Below, one piece after another: positions 9,849 to 19,925 of a DNA stretch of 64,000 bases (position 1 is the first letter of the stretch; each line of letters opens with the position of its first letter). The stretch is taken from assembly GCA_963741205.1 (NCBI GenBank), contig CAVUHW010000013.1, positions 1 to 64,000 on the forward strand, written 5' to 3'. Position numbers and translations under genes: made by a program. This DNA is from Nitrospirota bacterium (GTDB lineage: Bacteria > Nitrospirota > UBA9217). Under the pieces are notes generated by a model. That model ran no database searches. It was not told where the DNA came from and saw nothing but the letters and a program-made list of their open reading frames with translations.

Positions 9849-10139
9849 TTACTTGAATTTTTTCCGCGCAGCGTCGATCGCGTGCTTCAGTTCCTTGGAG
9901 GCTGCTTCAACACCCGTTTTCACAGCGTCCCAGGCATCGCCGCCCGTTTCTCCGAGCTCGTGAAGCTTGTGCGACAGCGCGTCGCGTTTTTTCTTCGTAT
10001 CCTTGACGAGTGTCTCATAGCCGGCCTTCACCTCGGACGAGGTCTTGGCAACGCGGTTTTCAAGCTCGTCTATCCCGGACGACCACTCCTTAAGCTGCTT
10101 CGCCATCTTGTCGATATACTCTTCTTTTTTCGTTTTCAT
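9849..10139 (-). CDS. Small coiled-coil protein (sll1863-like family)
   Basis: KEEYIDKMAKQLKEW...DAWDAVKTGVE pattern; GGAGG RBS. Confidence 0.75.
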   Translation of the reverse strand: MKTKKEEYIDKMAKQLKEWSSGIDELENRVAKTSSEVKAGYETLVKDTKKKRDALSHKLHELGETGGDAWDAVKTGVEAASKELKHAIDAARKKFK

Positions 10140-10310
10140 GCCAACCTCCTCCTTTTATGGTACCCGTGTTGCCCGGGTCCCGGCGAGGTCCGCCGGCCCG
10201 GCAGCGTGACAAATCATAGGATAATAAGAGTATAGCACCGATCGATTGTCGTATTACAGGGGTGGACGGACCTTAGTCGGACCGATGCGCACCTTTGAAT
10301 ACGTTCGTTA

Positions 10311-10859
10311 TCAGGGTGTTTTCTGTCCGAGTTTCTTTGCCAGATTTTTAATGGTATTCATCCCCCGGAACGTGGAGCGCAGCCCCAGCGCCTTTTCGAA
10401 TGCGGTATTGCTGAATTTCGATTCGCTCTGCCTCTTTTTGCACAACCAGTAGATTTCCCGGTTTTTCAGATGGAAATCATCGATATCGCTTTTGAATCCC
10501 ATCAAGACTTTTTGTGCGTTCTTATCAAGAGGCTTGTGCAGAAACCCGACTACGAACGCACCGGCCTTCTTTATTTCCTCTTCCCGGAAAGGCTGATAGC
10601 TCGCGATCGCCGTCACCTCGTCATCGGTGCGGAGAAATGCCGCGACTTCATAACCGAGCGCCTCGGAAAGAAGTCCTTCGATCCTTGCCTCCAGGCCCTT
10701 CGTATTTTCAGCGCTGCTTTCGAATATCACGTTCCCGCTCGCGATGAAGGTTTTCACGCTGGCAACAGGCAGCGTTTCGAACAGCTTGCGAAGCCGGTCC
10801 ATTGTGACGACATGGCCGCCCACATTGATGGCGCGGAGAAATGCGACATATCCGGGCAT
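10311..10859 (-). CDS. DUF1697 family protein
   Basis: YVAFLRAINVGG and TFIASGNVIF motifs. Confidence 0.9.
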   Translation of the reverse strand: MPGYVAFLRAINVGGHVVTMDRLRKLFETLPVASVKTFIASGNVIFESSAENTKGLEARIEGLLSEALGYEVAAFLRTDDEVTAIASYQPFREEEIKKAGAFVVGFLHKPLDKNAQKVLMGFKSDIDDFHLKNREIYWLCKKRQSESKFSNTAFEKALGLRSTFRGMNTIKNLAKKLGQKTP

Positions 10860-10861
10860 CG

Positions 10862-11365
10862 TTAGCCCCGCCTTTCAATGGCGACCCTTACCGGGATGGC
10901 GCCGAGAACCCTGACAAGCTCTTTCGGTGAAATCTCGGCCTGGAACCCGCGTTTTCCGCCGTTAATGTAGATCTTATCCAGGCCGAGAATGGTTTCTTCG
11001 ACATAGACCGCGAGAGGCGTGCGCGTGCCGAAGGGACTTACTCCGCCCGGGATGAAGCCCGTGCTTTTTTCGACATCCGCTTCGCTCGCGGGAGACACGG
11101 CTTTCACATCCAGGAGGCGCGCCAGTTGTTTGGTCGATACCTCCCGGTCTCCGTGCATGAGTACGAGGAAGGCCTTCTTCCCGCGCGTCTCCCGGGTCTC
11201 CATGACCAGGGTCTTCACGACCGCGTGCTCGTCCACGCCGAGGGACTGTGCCGCGTGTTTCGTCCCGCCGTGCTCGACATAATCGTAGAGATGCGGGACG
11301 AAGACAACTCCGGCTGCCCGAAGGGCCCGGACAGCGGTTGTAACGGGTATGTCCTGATCTTTCAT
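10862..11365 (-). CDS. ybaK: Cys-tRNA(Pro) deacylase, YbaK/EbsC family
   Basis: VVKTLV, TGFIPGGVSPFG and INGGKRG motifs. Confidence 0.9.
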   Translation of the reverse strand: MKDQDIPVTTAVRALRAAGVVFVPHLYDYVEHGGTKHAAQSLGVDEHAVVKTLVMETRETRGKKAFLVLMHGDREVSTKQLARLLDVKAVSPASEADVEKSTGFIPGGVSPFGTRTPLAVYVEETILGLDKIYINGGKRGFQAEISPKELVRVLGAIPVRVAIERRG

Positions 11366-11682
11366 CGCAACGCCGCTCCTTGAGGCAGGTCAATGTGATG
11401 CACGCTCCACTTTGAAATATAGTCGCAAATCGAGCTCTTTGTCAATTCGTACCGTACCCCGTGAGTTCACCTGCCGGGCCTGCCCGCCGTCAAGCAGCCC
11501 GCGTATGACAGGATGAGTTCACCTCATTCCATGTGAAGTTTGTATTGATAATTGCCGATATAGATGTTATAAGAGCCTGTTGAACGGAAGCCGGGTCAGC
11601 CGTCCTGAGGACCTTTGCCCGTCACTCTGAAGAAGCAACTGTAGAATCCCGCTCCGGATAAACATTGCAATCATCGGGTGCC

Positions 11683-13005
11683 ATGGTCAAGACAAGAAAA
11701 AAGATAAGCGTAGAAAAGAAAAACCAGGATTATCCCGTCCTGCTGATAGCGGACGAAGCTGGCGAGATCTACGATGATCCGCGGTATGTCGCAGGCGGCA
11801 TGTCCGGCGGCGATTTTCTCCCGCTCTCGCCAGATGACCTGATACCGCTTCCGGAAGGGAGCAAGTTCTTTTTCATTCCAAAGGGGCGGCCGATCGGATT
11901 CAATAAAAAAGGCGGCGTTGCAGTCGTTGACGGCGTGTATGCGGTATCGGCGTTCCTTCCGCCGGGATATACGAGGACGTATCTGCCCGCTTATGAAGAA
12001 TTTCGGTCTGACCCCCTCCTGCCGCTCTGGTCCTATACCGCCGTTGCCTGGTACAAGGAAGACTTTTACGCGGCGGCTGTCCAGGTTGCATGGATGAAGA
12101 AGGCCGATCCGAGGCTGCACGACGATGATATCATCGGTCCGATCGTGAAGAAGAAGCTTGCCAAGTATCCCAAAAACCGGCTCCTCAAGCATCTCGAGAA
12201 GTGTGCCATGTTCTATCACTGCTTCGCGGCAAAGAACATCTTCGTCGGCCGATGGGAGGCGCCGCTTCCGACATCTCCTTCCTGCAATGCCCGCTGCATC
12301 GGATGCCTCTCGCTCCAGGAAGGAGAGTGCCCGGCATCGCAAGACCGGATACAATTTGTCCCCACGCCCGAGGAGATCGCCGAGGCGGCCGTCCCTCACC
12401 TTGCGAATGCCGAGGACGCCATCGTGAGCTTCGGACAGGGTTGTGAGGGCGAGCCGCTTATACAGTCGAAGACACTTGTGAAAGCGGTCAAGCTCATGCG
12501 TGATGCCACCTCGCGCGGTATCGTAAACTTAAACACAAACGGCTTCTCTTCGGATCGGATCAAGGAAATACGGGATGTGGGGCTGGACAGCATCAGGATC
12601 AGCATGAATTCTCCTGACCGCGACCGGTATAATCAATATTACCGGCCAAAGGGATACAAGTTTGAAGATGTCATGGATTCGGTCAGGACCGCCAAAAAGA
12701 TCGGGCTTTTTACAAGCATCAATTATCTTGTCTTCCCGGGGTACACCGACCGGGAAGAGGAAGTGGAGAAGCTTAAGAACCTGATCGCCGAGACAGGAAT
12801 CGACCAGGTCCAGATGAGAAACCTTTCACTCGATCCTTCTCTCTACCTCAATGCCGTGAAAAGACCCGAAGGAAAAGCCATCGGGGTGAAGAACCTGGTG
12901 GGAATGCTGAAAGAAGAGTTTCCGAACCTGACGATCGGGTACTTTAATCTGCCGGAGGCGGATATCAGGAAGAAGAGAAACTCAAAGAGTCCGTATAAGA
13001 ATTGA
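11683..13005 (+). CDS. Radical SAM protein of unknown function
   Basis: CNARCIGC (CxxxCxxC), GQGCEGEPL, NTNG and ISMNS motifs; ATG at 11683. Confidence 0.88.
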   Translation: MVKTRKKISVEKKNQDYPVLLIADEAGEIYDDPRYVAGGMSGGDFLPLSPDDLIPLPEGSKFFFIPKGRPIGFNKKGGVAVVDGVYAVSAFLPPGYTRTYLPAYEEFRSDPLLPLWSYTAVAWYKEDFYAAAVQVAWMKKADPRLHDDDIIGPIVKKKLAKYPKNRLLKHLEKCAMFYHCFAAKNIFVGRWEAPLPTSPSCNARCIGCLSLQEGECPASQDRIQFVPTPEEIAEAAVPHLANAEDAIVSFGQGCEGEPLIQSKTLVKAVKLMRDATSRGIVNLNTNGFSSDRIKEIRDVGLDSIRISMNSPDRDRYNQYYRPKGYKFEDVMDSVRTAKKIGLFTSINYLVFPGYTDREEEVEKLKNLIAETGIDQVQMRNLSLDPSLYLNAVKRPEGKAIGVKNLVGMLKEEFPNLTIGYFNLPEADIRKKRNSKSPYKN

Positions 13006-13315
13006 GCAAAAAGAACGTCACTCTTTTTACATTCCCCTGAACCCCTCAGTATTCATTTTCGCAAACCAAGATTCTTCTTAATTTTAATTGAAACATCCTG
13101 CAATCAAAAGTCTAAGCATCCAGTTCGCTTCGGTCATTTATCACCCAACAATTCAAAATGCGCAGTTTATATTGGGTCATATCACGCTTTACAGTTTTTG
13201 CTCATATTCGCAAACTGATGATTTATCATACTTTCGCCCTCCACGATTATGGCGGCACAGAGTATTGCTTGTTGATACAGCAGGATAAACACGGCATACC
13301 GAAAGGAGGTGTCAC

Positions 13316-13666
13316 ATGGCTATGCACTGGAATCACATGCTCGACATTGCTCACCTGAATTTCACCAGGCTCTCGTTGTTGCCGGCATGGGTAAGAAACC
13401 GGTCTTTCACGACTCCAGCTTTAAAAAGACAGTGGCCTGAGTCTTACGAAAAAACGAAGTTAGGCTACGAGGCAAGCTGGGCAGGGGTTTTTAAAAGACA
13501 GAGAGATAATCAGAGAAGTCCATTTTCATTCTATTGCCTTCCACTCTGTGGGGTGAGATGGCAGTTGACGCCTCAAGCCAATCCTTTCACCATCCCATCG
13601 CGTAACCCGTCTCCCGGCGTGCGGATGCGGCTGCAGACAGTACGCCGTTCCGAGCGTCTAGCATGA
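13316..13666 (+). CDS. Small hypothetical protein; 3' end uncertain
   Basis: Strong SD AAGGAGGT 5 nt before the ATG; the ORF as read overlaps the 3' end of the GGT gene. Confidence 0.4.
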   Translation: MAMHWNHMLDIAHLNFTRLSLLPAWVRNRSFTTPALKRQWPESYEKTKLGYEASWAGVFKRQRDNQRSPFSFYCLPLCGVRWQLTPQANPFTIPSRNPSPGVRMRLQTVRRSERLA

Positions 13667-15374
13667 CCGCGAGCATGCGGCCGTTGCTCCAATCGTCCAC
13701 TACCTTTACCTTGTGTCCTTTGCTGCGGAGAGCCGCACGCGTTGCTTCGGGAATCCGGCCCTCGAGAATGAGACTGCCCTGATCCGCGTTATGCGGGTAG
13801 AACGAGCTGGGGAAGTGGGCTGTGTGGAAGTTCGGGGCGTCCGCCGCCTCCTGGATGTTCATGTTGAAATCGATATGATTCAAGAAAAATTGGAGAGACC
13901 ACTGGTCCTGCTGATCTCCTCCCGGAGTGCCGAACGCCAGATAGGGGGCGCCGTCCTTTAAAACCAGGGATGGGGTGAGTGTTGTGCGCGGCCGTTTGCC
14001 GGGCAGGAGGGCGTTTGCATGGGATGGGTCGAGATAGAACATCTGGAGGCGCGTGCCCAGGGGAAAACCCAGCCCTTTGATGAGAGGAGAACTTGCAATC
14101 CATCCTCCGCTCGGCGTTGCGGAGAGCATGTTGCCCCACCGGTCAACGACGTCAAGGTGGGTCGTGTCCCCGGGAGAAGCCAGAGGACGTTCTTTTCGTT
14201 CCAGCGGCCCGGATGGGGCAGCGCTGCCGGGACGCAGTTCCACGGAGGCGCGGTCGGGATCGATCAGAAGGCGCCGCTCGGCCGCGTATTCTTTTGACAA
14301 GAGCTTACCAAGCGGCACCGACACGAAATCCGGGTCTCCGTAGTACAGTTCCCGGTCCGCAAAGGCAAGCTTCGCTGCTTCCGTAACAAGGTGAATATAG
14401 GCAGGGGAATTATGTCCCAGGCCGGCAAGATCGTATCCTTCGAGCAAATTGAGCTGCTGCAAAAAAACAGGGCCCTGGGTCCAGGGGCCGCACTTGAAGA
14501 CGTCATATCCGTGATAGGCAGTTGAAACCGGCCCTTCGATGCGGGCGGAATAATTCCGCAGATCCTCTCGGCTAAGCAGGCCCCGGTTGGACCTGCCTGA
14601 TGCGTCGGGAAATTCGTTTTCCTGCGCAAATTTTACTATCTCTTCCGCAATAGCTCCCTGATAAAATTCGTCTCGTGCGGCATGAAGCGCCTCACTGCGC
14701 CCTTGCTTCAAAGCACGGCTCTCCGCCTCAACAAGCCTCTTCAATGTGCGCGCCAGATCGGTTTGTACGAGCCGGCTCCCAATCCCCGGAACCGAGCCAC
14801 CGGGGAGATAAACCGCCGCCGTGGTCGGCCATTCCTCGCGGAAACGGTCCGCGTTATACAGGATGGCCGACTGAAGGCTCTGGTACATCGGGAAACCATG
14901 ATCTGCGAGCTCAATCACGTCGTCCAGAACCTGTGCAAGGCTCATGGTTCCGAAGCGGGACAATGCGAAAATCCACGTCTCGACCGCGGCCGGCACCGTC
15001 GCTGCCAATAGCCCATCTCCCGGGATCACATCGATGCCGCGGCCTTTGAACCATTCGATCGTGGCCGCACGCGGCGCCGGTCCCTGGCCGGAGAGGCTTA
15101 CGACTCGCCGCTCTCCGGCAAGGTAGACAAGGATCGGAACTTCACCGCCGATTCCGTAGAGGTAGGGTTCCAGTACGGAAAGGGCAAATCCCATTGCCAC
15201 GCCGGCGTCAACTGCGTTACCGCCCTGTTCGAGGATCTTAAGCCCGAGGCGGCTCGCAAGATAATGACCGCTCGTAACCATGCCGTGTGTGCCCATGACC
15301 ACGGGACGGGTCGTGAATCCCGAAGGAGCGCCTGCAAGGGAATGAAGAATCCCCTCTGGTTTATCGGACGTCAT
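13587..15374 (-). CDS. ggt: Gamma-glutamyltransferase family protein (Ntn hydrolase)
   Basis: GGNAVDA, DTTH autocleavage Thr, PGKRPRTTL and GTPGG oxyanion motifs. Confidence 0.9.
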   Translation of the reverse strand: MTSDKPEGILHSLAGAPSGFTTRPVVMGTHGMVTSGHYLASRLGLKILEQGGNAVDAGVAMGFALSVLEPYLYGIGGEVPILVYLAGERRVVSLSGQGPAPRAATIEWFKGRGIDVIPGDGLLAATVPAAVETWIFALSRFGTMSLAQVLDDVIELADHGFPMYQSLQSAILYNADRFREEWPTTAAVYLPGGSVPGIGSRLVQTDLARTLKRLVEAESRALKQGRSEALHAARDEFYQGAIAEEIVKFAQENEFPDASGRSNRGLLSREDLRNYSARIEGPVSTAYHGYDVFKCGPWTQGPVFLQQLNLLEGYDLAGLGHNSPAYIHLVTEAAKLAFADRELYYGDPDFVSVPLGKLLSKEYAAERRLLIDPDRASVELRPGSAAPSGPLERKERPLASPGDTTHLDVVDRWGNMLSATPSGGWIASSPLIKGLGFPLGTRLQMFYLDPSHANALLPGKRPRTTLTPSLVLKDGAPYLAFGTPGGDQQDQWSLQFFLNHIDFNMNIQEAADAPNFHTAHFPSSFYPHNADQGSLILEGRIPEATRAALRSKGHKVKVVDDWSNGRMLAVMLDARNGVLSAAASARRETGYAMGW

Positions 15375-15616
15375 TCCGCCTCCTGGATAGGAATTATCTT
15401 GATGAGAGAAGAAAGACCTTCAGCTCATGATTATAATCGCGCTGACATTCGTCTTCCCTTTAACTTTATCACGTTTTCCGTCGGGGTCAATGAATGGCAA
15501 TAATTGTGATTTACCAACGAGCGGAGTAAGATAAAATCGATTACAATATATCAAGAGCTTATGCGGTCGGCGCTTGACCTCATCAGCATCAAACGGAATG
15601 AACAAAGGAGATTGCG

Positions 15617-16804
15617 ATGATAAAAAACATTTTTCCGGCGCGTACCAGGGCCGCGCTTGCAGCGGTCGAACCGCTCCAGCGCTACATCGAGGAATCCGGC
15701 TGGTTTTACCGCCTGACCGAGCCCGGGGTATGCGACTTCACCATCGGAAACCCTCATGATGTCCCACCGCCGGGTTTTGTGGAAGCGCTCGCCGACAAGG
15801 TAACACCGCAAAACGACCGCTGGTACGCATATAAAATGAATGAGCCGGGCCCGCGCACGGTTCTGGCCAAATCCCTGAAGGCGTGGCGCGGGATAGATTT
15901 CGAAGAGAAAGACATCTTTCTGACCAACGGGGCCACGGCCGGGCTGCACGTTGTTTTCGAAACGATCATAGGTCCCGGAGACGAAGCGATATTCATGAGC
16001 CCGCCGTGGTTCCAGTATGAGAGTATGATCCTCATCGCCGGCGGAACGCCTGTGCGGGTGAAGGTCGATCAACAGACCTACGACCTCGATTTTGTTGCGC
16101 TGGAGAAGGCCATCACGGAAAAAACGCGCGTCGTGATCATAAATTCACCGCACAACCCCACGGGAAAGATCTACTCTCCGGATACTCTTAAACGTCTTGC
16201 CGTACTTTTGACAGCCTCGGGGAAACGCTACGGACGGACGATCCACATCGTCTCCGATGAGTCTTACAGCAGGATCGTCTTCGACAACAGGAAGTTCCAC
16301 AGCCCGACCGAGTTCTATGCGGACACGTTCCTTGTTTATACCTACGGCAAGGTGCTTCTTACGCCAGGCCAGAGGATAGGCTTTATCGCGCTGCCGCCGG
16401 GAATGCACGAGAAAAACGAAATAAGAAAAGCGATCGAGGGGTTTCAGATGCTGAACGGATGGGCCTTTCCGAACGCTCTTTTACAGCACGCACTGGCCGA
16501 CCTCGACCGGATCTCCGTCGACATCAACCATCTCCAAAAGAGGAGGGACCGGGTGGTGACGGCGCTTCGCACTATGGGGTACGAGACATCTAACCCCGAG
16601 GGAACATTTTACGTACTCGTGAAATCGCCGATGAAAGACGATATCGCCTTCACGAAGCGGCTCGCCGATAACGGCGTCTTCTGCATCCCGGGGACGCTTA
16701 TGGACCTCCCCGGATACATCCGCATTTCCCTGACTGCAAATGATGATATGATCGAGCGCTCCCTCCCGAAATTCTCCGAAGCGCTTCGAACAGCACGGCC
16801 GTGA
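15617..16804 (+). CDS. PLP-dependent aminotransferase class I/II
   Basis: INSPHNPTG, SDESY and YGKxxxTPGQRIG motifs. Confidence 0.9.
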   Translation: MIKNIFPARTRAALAAVEPLQRYIEESGWFYRLTEPGVCDFTIGNPHDVPPPGFVEALADKVTPQNDRWYAYKMNEPGPRTVLAKSLKAWRGIDFEEKDIFLTNGATAGLHVVFETIIGPGDEAIFMSPPWFQYESMILIAGGTPVRVKVDQQTYDLDFVALEKAITEKTRVVIINSPHNPTGKIYSPDTLKRLAVLLTASGKRYGRTIHIVSDESYSRIVFDNRKFHSPTEFYADTFLVYTYGKVLLTPGQRIGFIALPPGMHEKNEIRKAIEGFQMLNGWAFPNALLQHALADLDRISVDINHLQKRRDRVVTALRTMGYETSNPEGTFYVLVKSPMKDDIAFTKRLADNGVFCIPGTLMDLPGYIRISLTANDDMIERSLPKFSEALRTARP

Positions 16805-16872
16805 GAGAACGCGAATTCAGACGAAAATATTAACCGATCAGGTGGGTAAACATCATTGCTCAAAGTGCTGCG

Positions 16873-16915
16873 AAAAAAAGGGGGCTGAAGGAGAAATTCT
16901 CTTCAGCCCCCCTTT
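16873..16915. terminator. Probable bidirectional intrinsic terminator
   Basis: A7-GGGGGCTGAAG...CTTCAGCCCCC-CTTT stem between convergent ORFs. Confidence 0.75.
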
Positions 16916-16949
16916 GATGAGGTTCTTGTCTTGACCTTTCCCCGGAAGG

Positions 16950-17156
16950 TTAAGCGACTTTTCTGAATACTTTCTTGAGCGTTTCCTTTGATTTTTTCGG
17001 AAGCGCTGTCAGTTGCCGCACACCTTGCCGGGTTATTTGTCCGGTCGTGTCCTTGACGACCATCGCGCTTTTTTTCACTGCCCCTACACCCTGTTTGATC
17101 CCTCTCTGCAGACTGGATGTGATTTTGTCGATATTGAAGTTTTCTCCGTATTTCAT
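16950..17156 (-). CDS. Small basic hypothetical protein (68 aa)
   Basis: GGAGGTG SD 5 nt before the ATG; terminator immediately downstream. Confidence 0.6.
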   Translation of the reverse strand: MKYGENFNIDKITSSLQRGIKQGVGAVKKSAMVVKDTTGQITRQGVRQLTALPKKSKETLKKVFRKVA

Positions 17157-17327
17157 GTCGACACCTCCACATGGGATGTACGAGACATCCCGGAATGGTC
17201 ATCTGAGGTTTTCTGCTTCTATTTAAAATTTATCTCAGTTTTTTTTATCGGGCAACTAAAAAATCGTACTTATTGACTGTTAATGATGAAAATAAGGAAA
17301 AAGTATGCCGGTTTATTCCGGATATCC

Positions 17328-18869
17328 TCAATGCACATCCACCGGCGGTCCCCCGGTGCCGGGCGCCTTTTGCCACTGCATGATGAGGACGAGCGGAAGC
17401 ACGGAGAGGATGAGGATGCAGATGATCAGAAACGCGTCGGTGAAGGCGAGGGTTGTGGACTGGCGGATGAGCTCCCGGTACATCATGCCGTCGGCGCCGG
17501 CTGCTGGCAGGCCCTTTGTCCCGAGGAACGAAGCGATCTTGTCCCGGTAGATGGAGTAGGAAGGGTCGAAAGGAGACAGATGCTCGACAAGGCGCGTTTG
17601 ATGGAGCTGGGACCTGCGGGAGAGGATGGTGGTCGTAAAGGCAATGCCCACACTTCCGCCCAGGTTCCGAAGAAGATTATAGACCGACGTGGCCTCGGTC
17701 ATCCGCTCTTTGGGGATGTGCGAGAGCGTGAGCGTGGTAAGGGGAATGAACGTCATGCCCATGCCGAAGCCGAGGAGGACGCGGGGCCAGACAAAGGTCC
17801 AGAAATCGGTCGTCAGGTTGAACCGGGACATCATGTAGGTGGAGAGGGCGCAGACGCAGATGCCTAATATGAGGAACCGCTTGGGGTTCACCCTGCCGAT
17901 GAACTTGCCCACGATCGGCATGGCGAACAGCGTAGCGATGCCGCCGGGGCCCAGTACGAGACCCGCGTAAAAGGATGTGTAGCCCATCATCATTTGGAGA
18001 TAGATGGGCAGAAGCACGATGCTCCCGAAAAGGTTCAGGAACACGAAAAACATGACCGTAGCGCCGCTCGTGAAGGTCCGGTCCCGGAAGAGCTTCAGGT
18101 TCACGATCGGGTGCTCTGAATAGTACTCGTTGATCACGAGCAGGACGAGCGAAACAGCGGAGATAACGCCGACGGTAAGGATCAAGCGCGATTCAAACCA
18201 GTCCTCGCTCTCACCCTTGTCGAGCATGAACTGGAGCGCGCCCAGTCCCACGGAAAGAAACAGGAGCCCCCAATAGTCGATCTTCATCTTCTGGCGTTTC
18301 ATGTACGGCGGGTCGTTGATCACGAGGATATTCATGATGATGGCGATGATGCCGATCGGGATATTGATGTAAAAAATCCAGCGCCAGGAAAGGGTGTCGG
18401 TGATCCAGCCGCCCAGAAGCGGCCCGACAATGGGCCCAACCATCGCGCCGAGACCGAAGATCGCCATGGCCTGGCCGTGCTTCTCCCGTGGGAATGATTC
18501 GAGCAGGATGGACTGGCTTATGGGCACGAGTCCGCCTCCGCCGATCCCCTGGAGGACGCGGAAGAAGACGAGGCTGGATAGACTCCACGACGAGCCGCAC
18601 ATGAAGGAGCTGAACGTGAAAAGGGCGATGGACGCGATCTGGTAGTTTTTCCTGCCGATTAACTTGGCGAGCCATCCGGCCATGGGAATGACGATGGCGT
18701 TCGAGACGAGATAGGCGGTGATGGTCCACGTGGCCTCGTCATACCCGGCGGAGAGGGAGCCGCGGATGTGGTCCAGGGACACGTTCACGATGGACGTGTC
18801 GATAATCTCTATCAAGGTCGGCAGCATCACCGTGAAGGCGATGAGGCCGCGGCTTTGTGTCTTGTGCAT
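17328..18869 (-). CDS. emrB: DHA2 family MFS efflux permease (EmrB/QacA)
   Basis: DTSIVNVSL, RVLQGIGGG, GPLLGGWITD and WRWIFYINIPIG motifs; ~14 TM. Confidence 0.93.
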   Translation of the reverse strand: MHKTQSRGLIAFTVMLPTLIEIIDTSIVNVSLDHIRGSLSAGYDEATWTITAYLVSNAIVIPMAGWLAKLIGRKNYQIASIALFTFSSFMCGSSWSLSSLVFFRVLQGIGGGGLVPISQSILLESFPREKHGQAMAIFGLGAMVGPIVGPLLGGWITDTLSWRWIFYINIPIGIIAIIMNILVINDPPYMKRQKMKIDYWGLLFLSVGLGALQFMLDKGESEDWFESRLILTVGVISAVSLVLLVINEYYSEHPIVNLKLFRDRTFTSGATVMFFVFLNLFGSIVLLPIYLQMMMGYTSFYAGLVLGPGGIATLFAMPIVGKFIGRVNPKRFLILGICVCALSTYMMSRFNLTTDFWTFVWPRVLLGFGMGMTFIPLTTLTLSHIPKERMTEATSVYNLLRNLGGSVGIAFTTTILSRRSQLHQTRLVEHLSPFDPSYSIYRDKIASFLGTKGLPAAGADGMMYRELIRQSTTLAFTDAFLIICILILSVLPLVLIMQWQKAPGTGGPPVDVH

Positions 18870-19870
18870 TATTTCGCGATCACGGTCGGTTCAACGGACA
18901 TGCCGATCCGCAGAATATGGTCCTTGTCCGCGCCTTCTTGGAGTGCGATCTTTACCGGTATCCGCTGGACCACCTTGACGTAGTTGCCGGTTGCGTTCTC
19001 CGCGGGAAAGAGCGAGAAGGACACGCCGGTCCCTGCCATGATGCTGTCCACTTTTCCTTTGAAGACCTTGCCGGGAAATGAGTCAACCTTGATTTCCACT
19101 TCCTGGCCCGGACGGATATTCCCCATCTCTGTTTCCTTGTAATTTGCCGTGATCCAGATATCGTTGAGCGACACCAGTGCCATGAGCGGCTGGCCGGGCT
19201 GGATCTGGTTCCCGATCTGAACGGACCTTCTCGTGATATATCCGTCCACCGGGGCATAGATCTTCGTGTATTCGTAATTCATATCAGCAAGAGCTGCCGC
19301 GGCCTCTTTTTGGCGGATCGTCGAGGCCTGCGTGACCTTTTGCGATTCCGCCTGCCTGAGCTGTTCTTCCGCTGCCTTGAGCTGGGCGAGTGCAACATCA
19401 TACCCGGTCATTGCCCGGTCGTACCGTTCCTGCGGGATGACCTGTTCCGCGATGAGCTTTTCCGCCCTGATTTTGTCGGTTTCCGCGAGTTTGAGATTGG
19501 CGCGTGCAAGGTCGAGGTTGGCCTTCGCAGACTCGATCCTGGTTGCAGCCTCGGCAAGCTTCGCTTTCTCGACACCGAGCGCGGACGTCGCTTCCTGAAG
19601 CCTGACATGATAATCCGAGGGGTCGATCTCGAGAAGGAGGTCTCCCTTCTTCACGGCCTGGTTATCGTTCACATGAATCGCCTTCACTGTCCCGTATATC
19701 TTGGCCGCAATCGTGTGAATGTTCCCTTCGACAAAGGCGTCGTCGGTCGAAACATGCGTTTTCCGGTAACTACTGTAGAGCCAGCCGGCGATGAGGCCGA
19801 TCGCAACGATCGTCCCCACGATCATGAAGGCCTTTTTCTTTTTTCCTGTGTTGTTTACTGCTTCTGCCAT
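18869..19870 (-). CDS. emrA: EmrA-type membrane fusion protein
   Basis: STDDAFV, ANYKET and NATGNYVKVVQRIPVKI motifs. Confidence 0.93.
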   Translation of the reverse strand: MAEAVNNTGKKKKAFMIVGTIVAIGLIAGWLYSSYRKTHVSTDDAFVEGNIHTIAAKIYGTVKAIHVNDNQAVKKGDLLLEIDPSDYHVRLQEATSALGVEKAKLAEAATRIESAKANLDLARANLKLAETDKIRAEKLIAEQVIPQERYDRAMTGYDVALAQLKAAEEQLRQAESQKVTQASTIRQKEAAAALADMNYEYTKIYAPVDGYITRRSVQIGNQIQPGQPLMALVSLNDIWITANYKETEMGNIRPGQEVEIKVDSFPGKVFKGKVDSIMAGTGVSFSLFPAENATGNYVKVVQRIPVKIALQEGADKDHILRIGMSVEPTVIAK

Positions 19871-19925
19871 GCTATCTCCTGAATATGAAAATTACAAAAA
19901 TCAAATGATCAATACTCGTTTTTCC

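Noticed and set aside
11505-11640. Fluoride riboswitch, SRP RNA or hammerhead ribozyme
   Set aside because: Only partial words are present (GATGAGTTCACC, AAGCAGCC, CTGANGA); the required partner motifs are missing.
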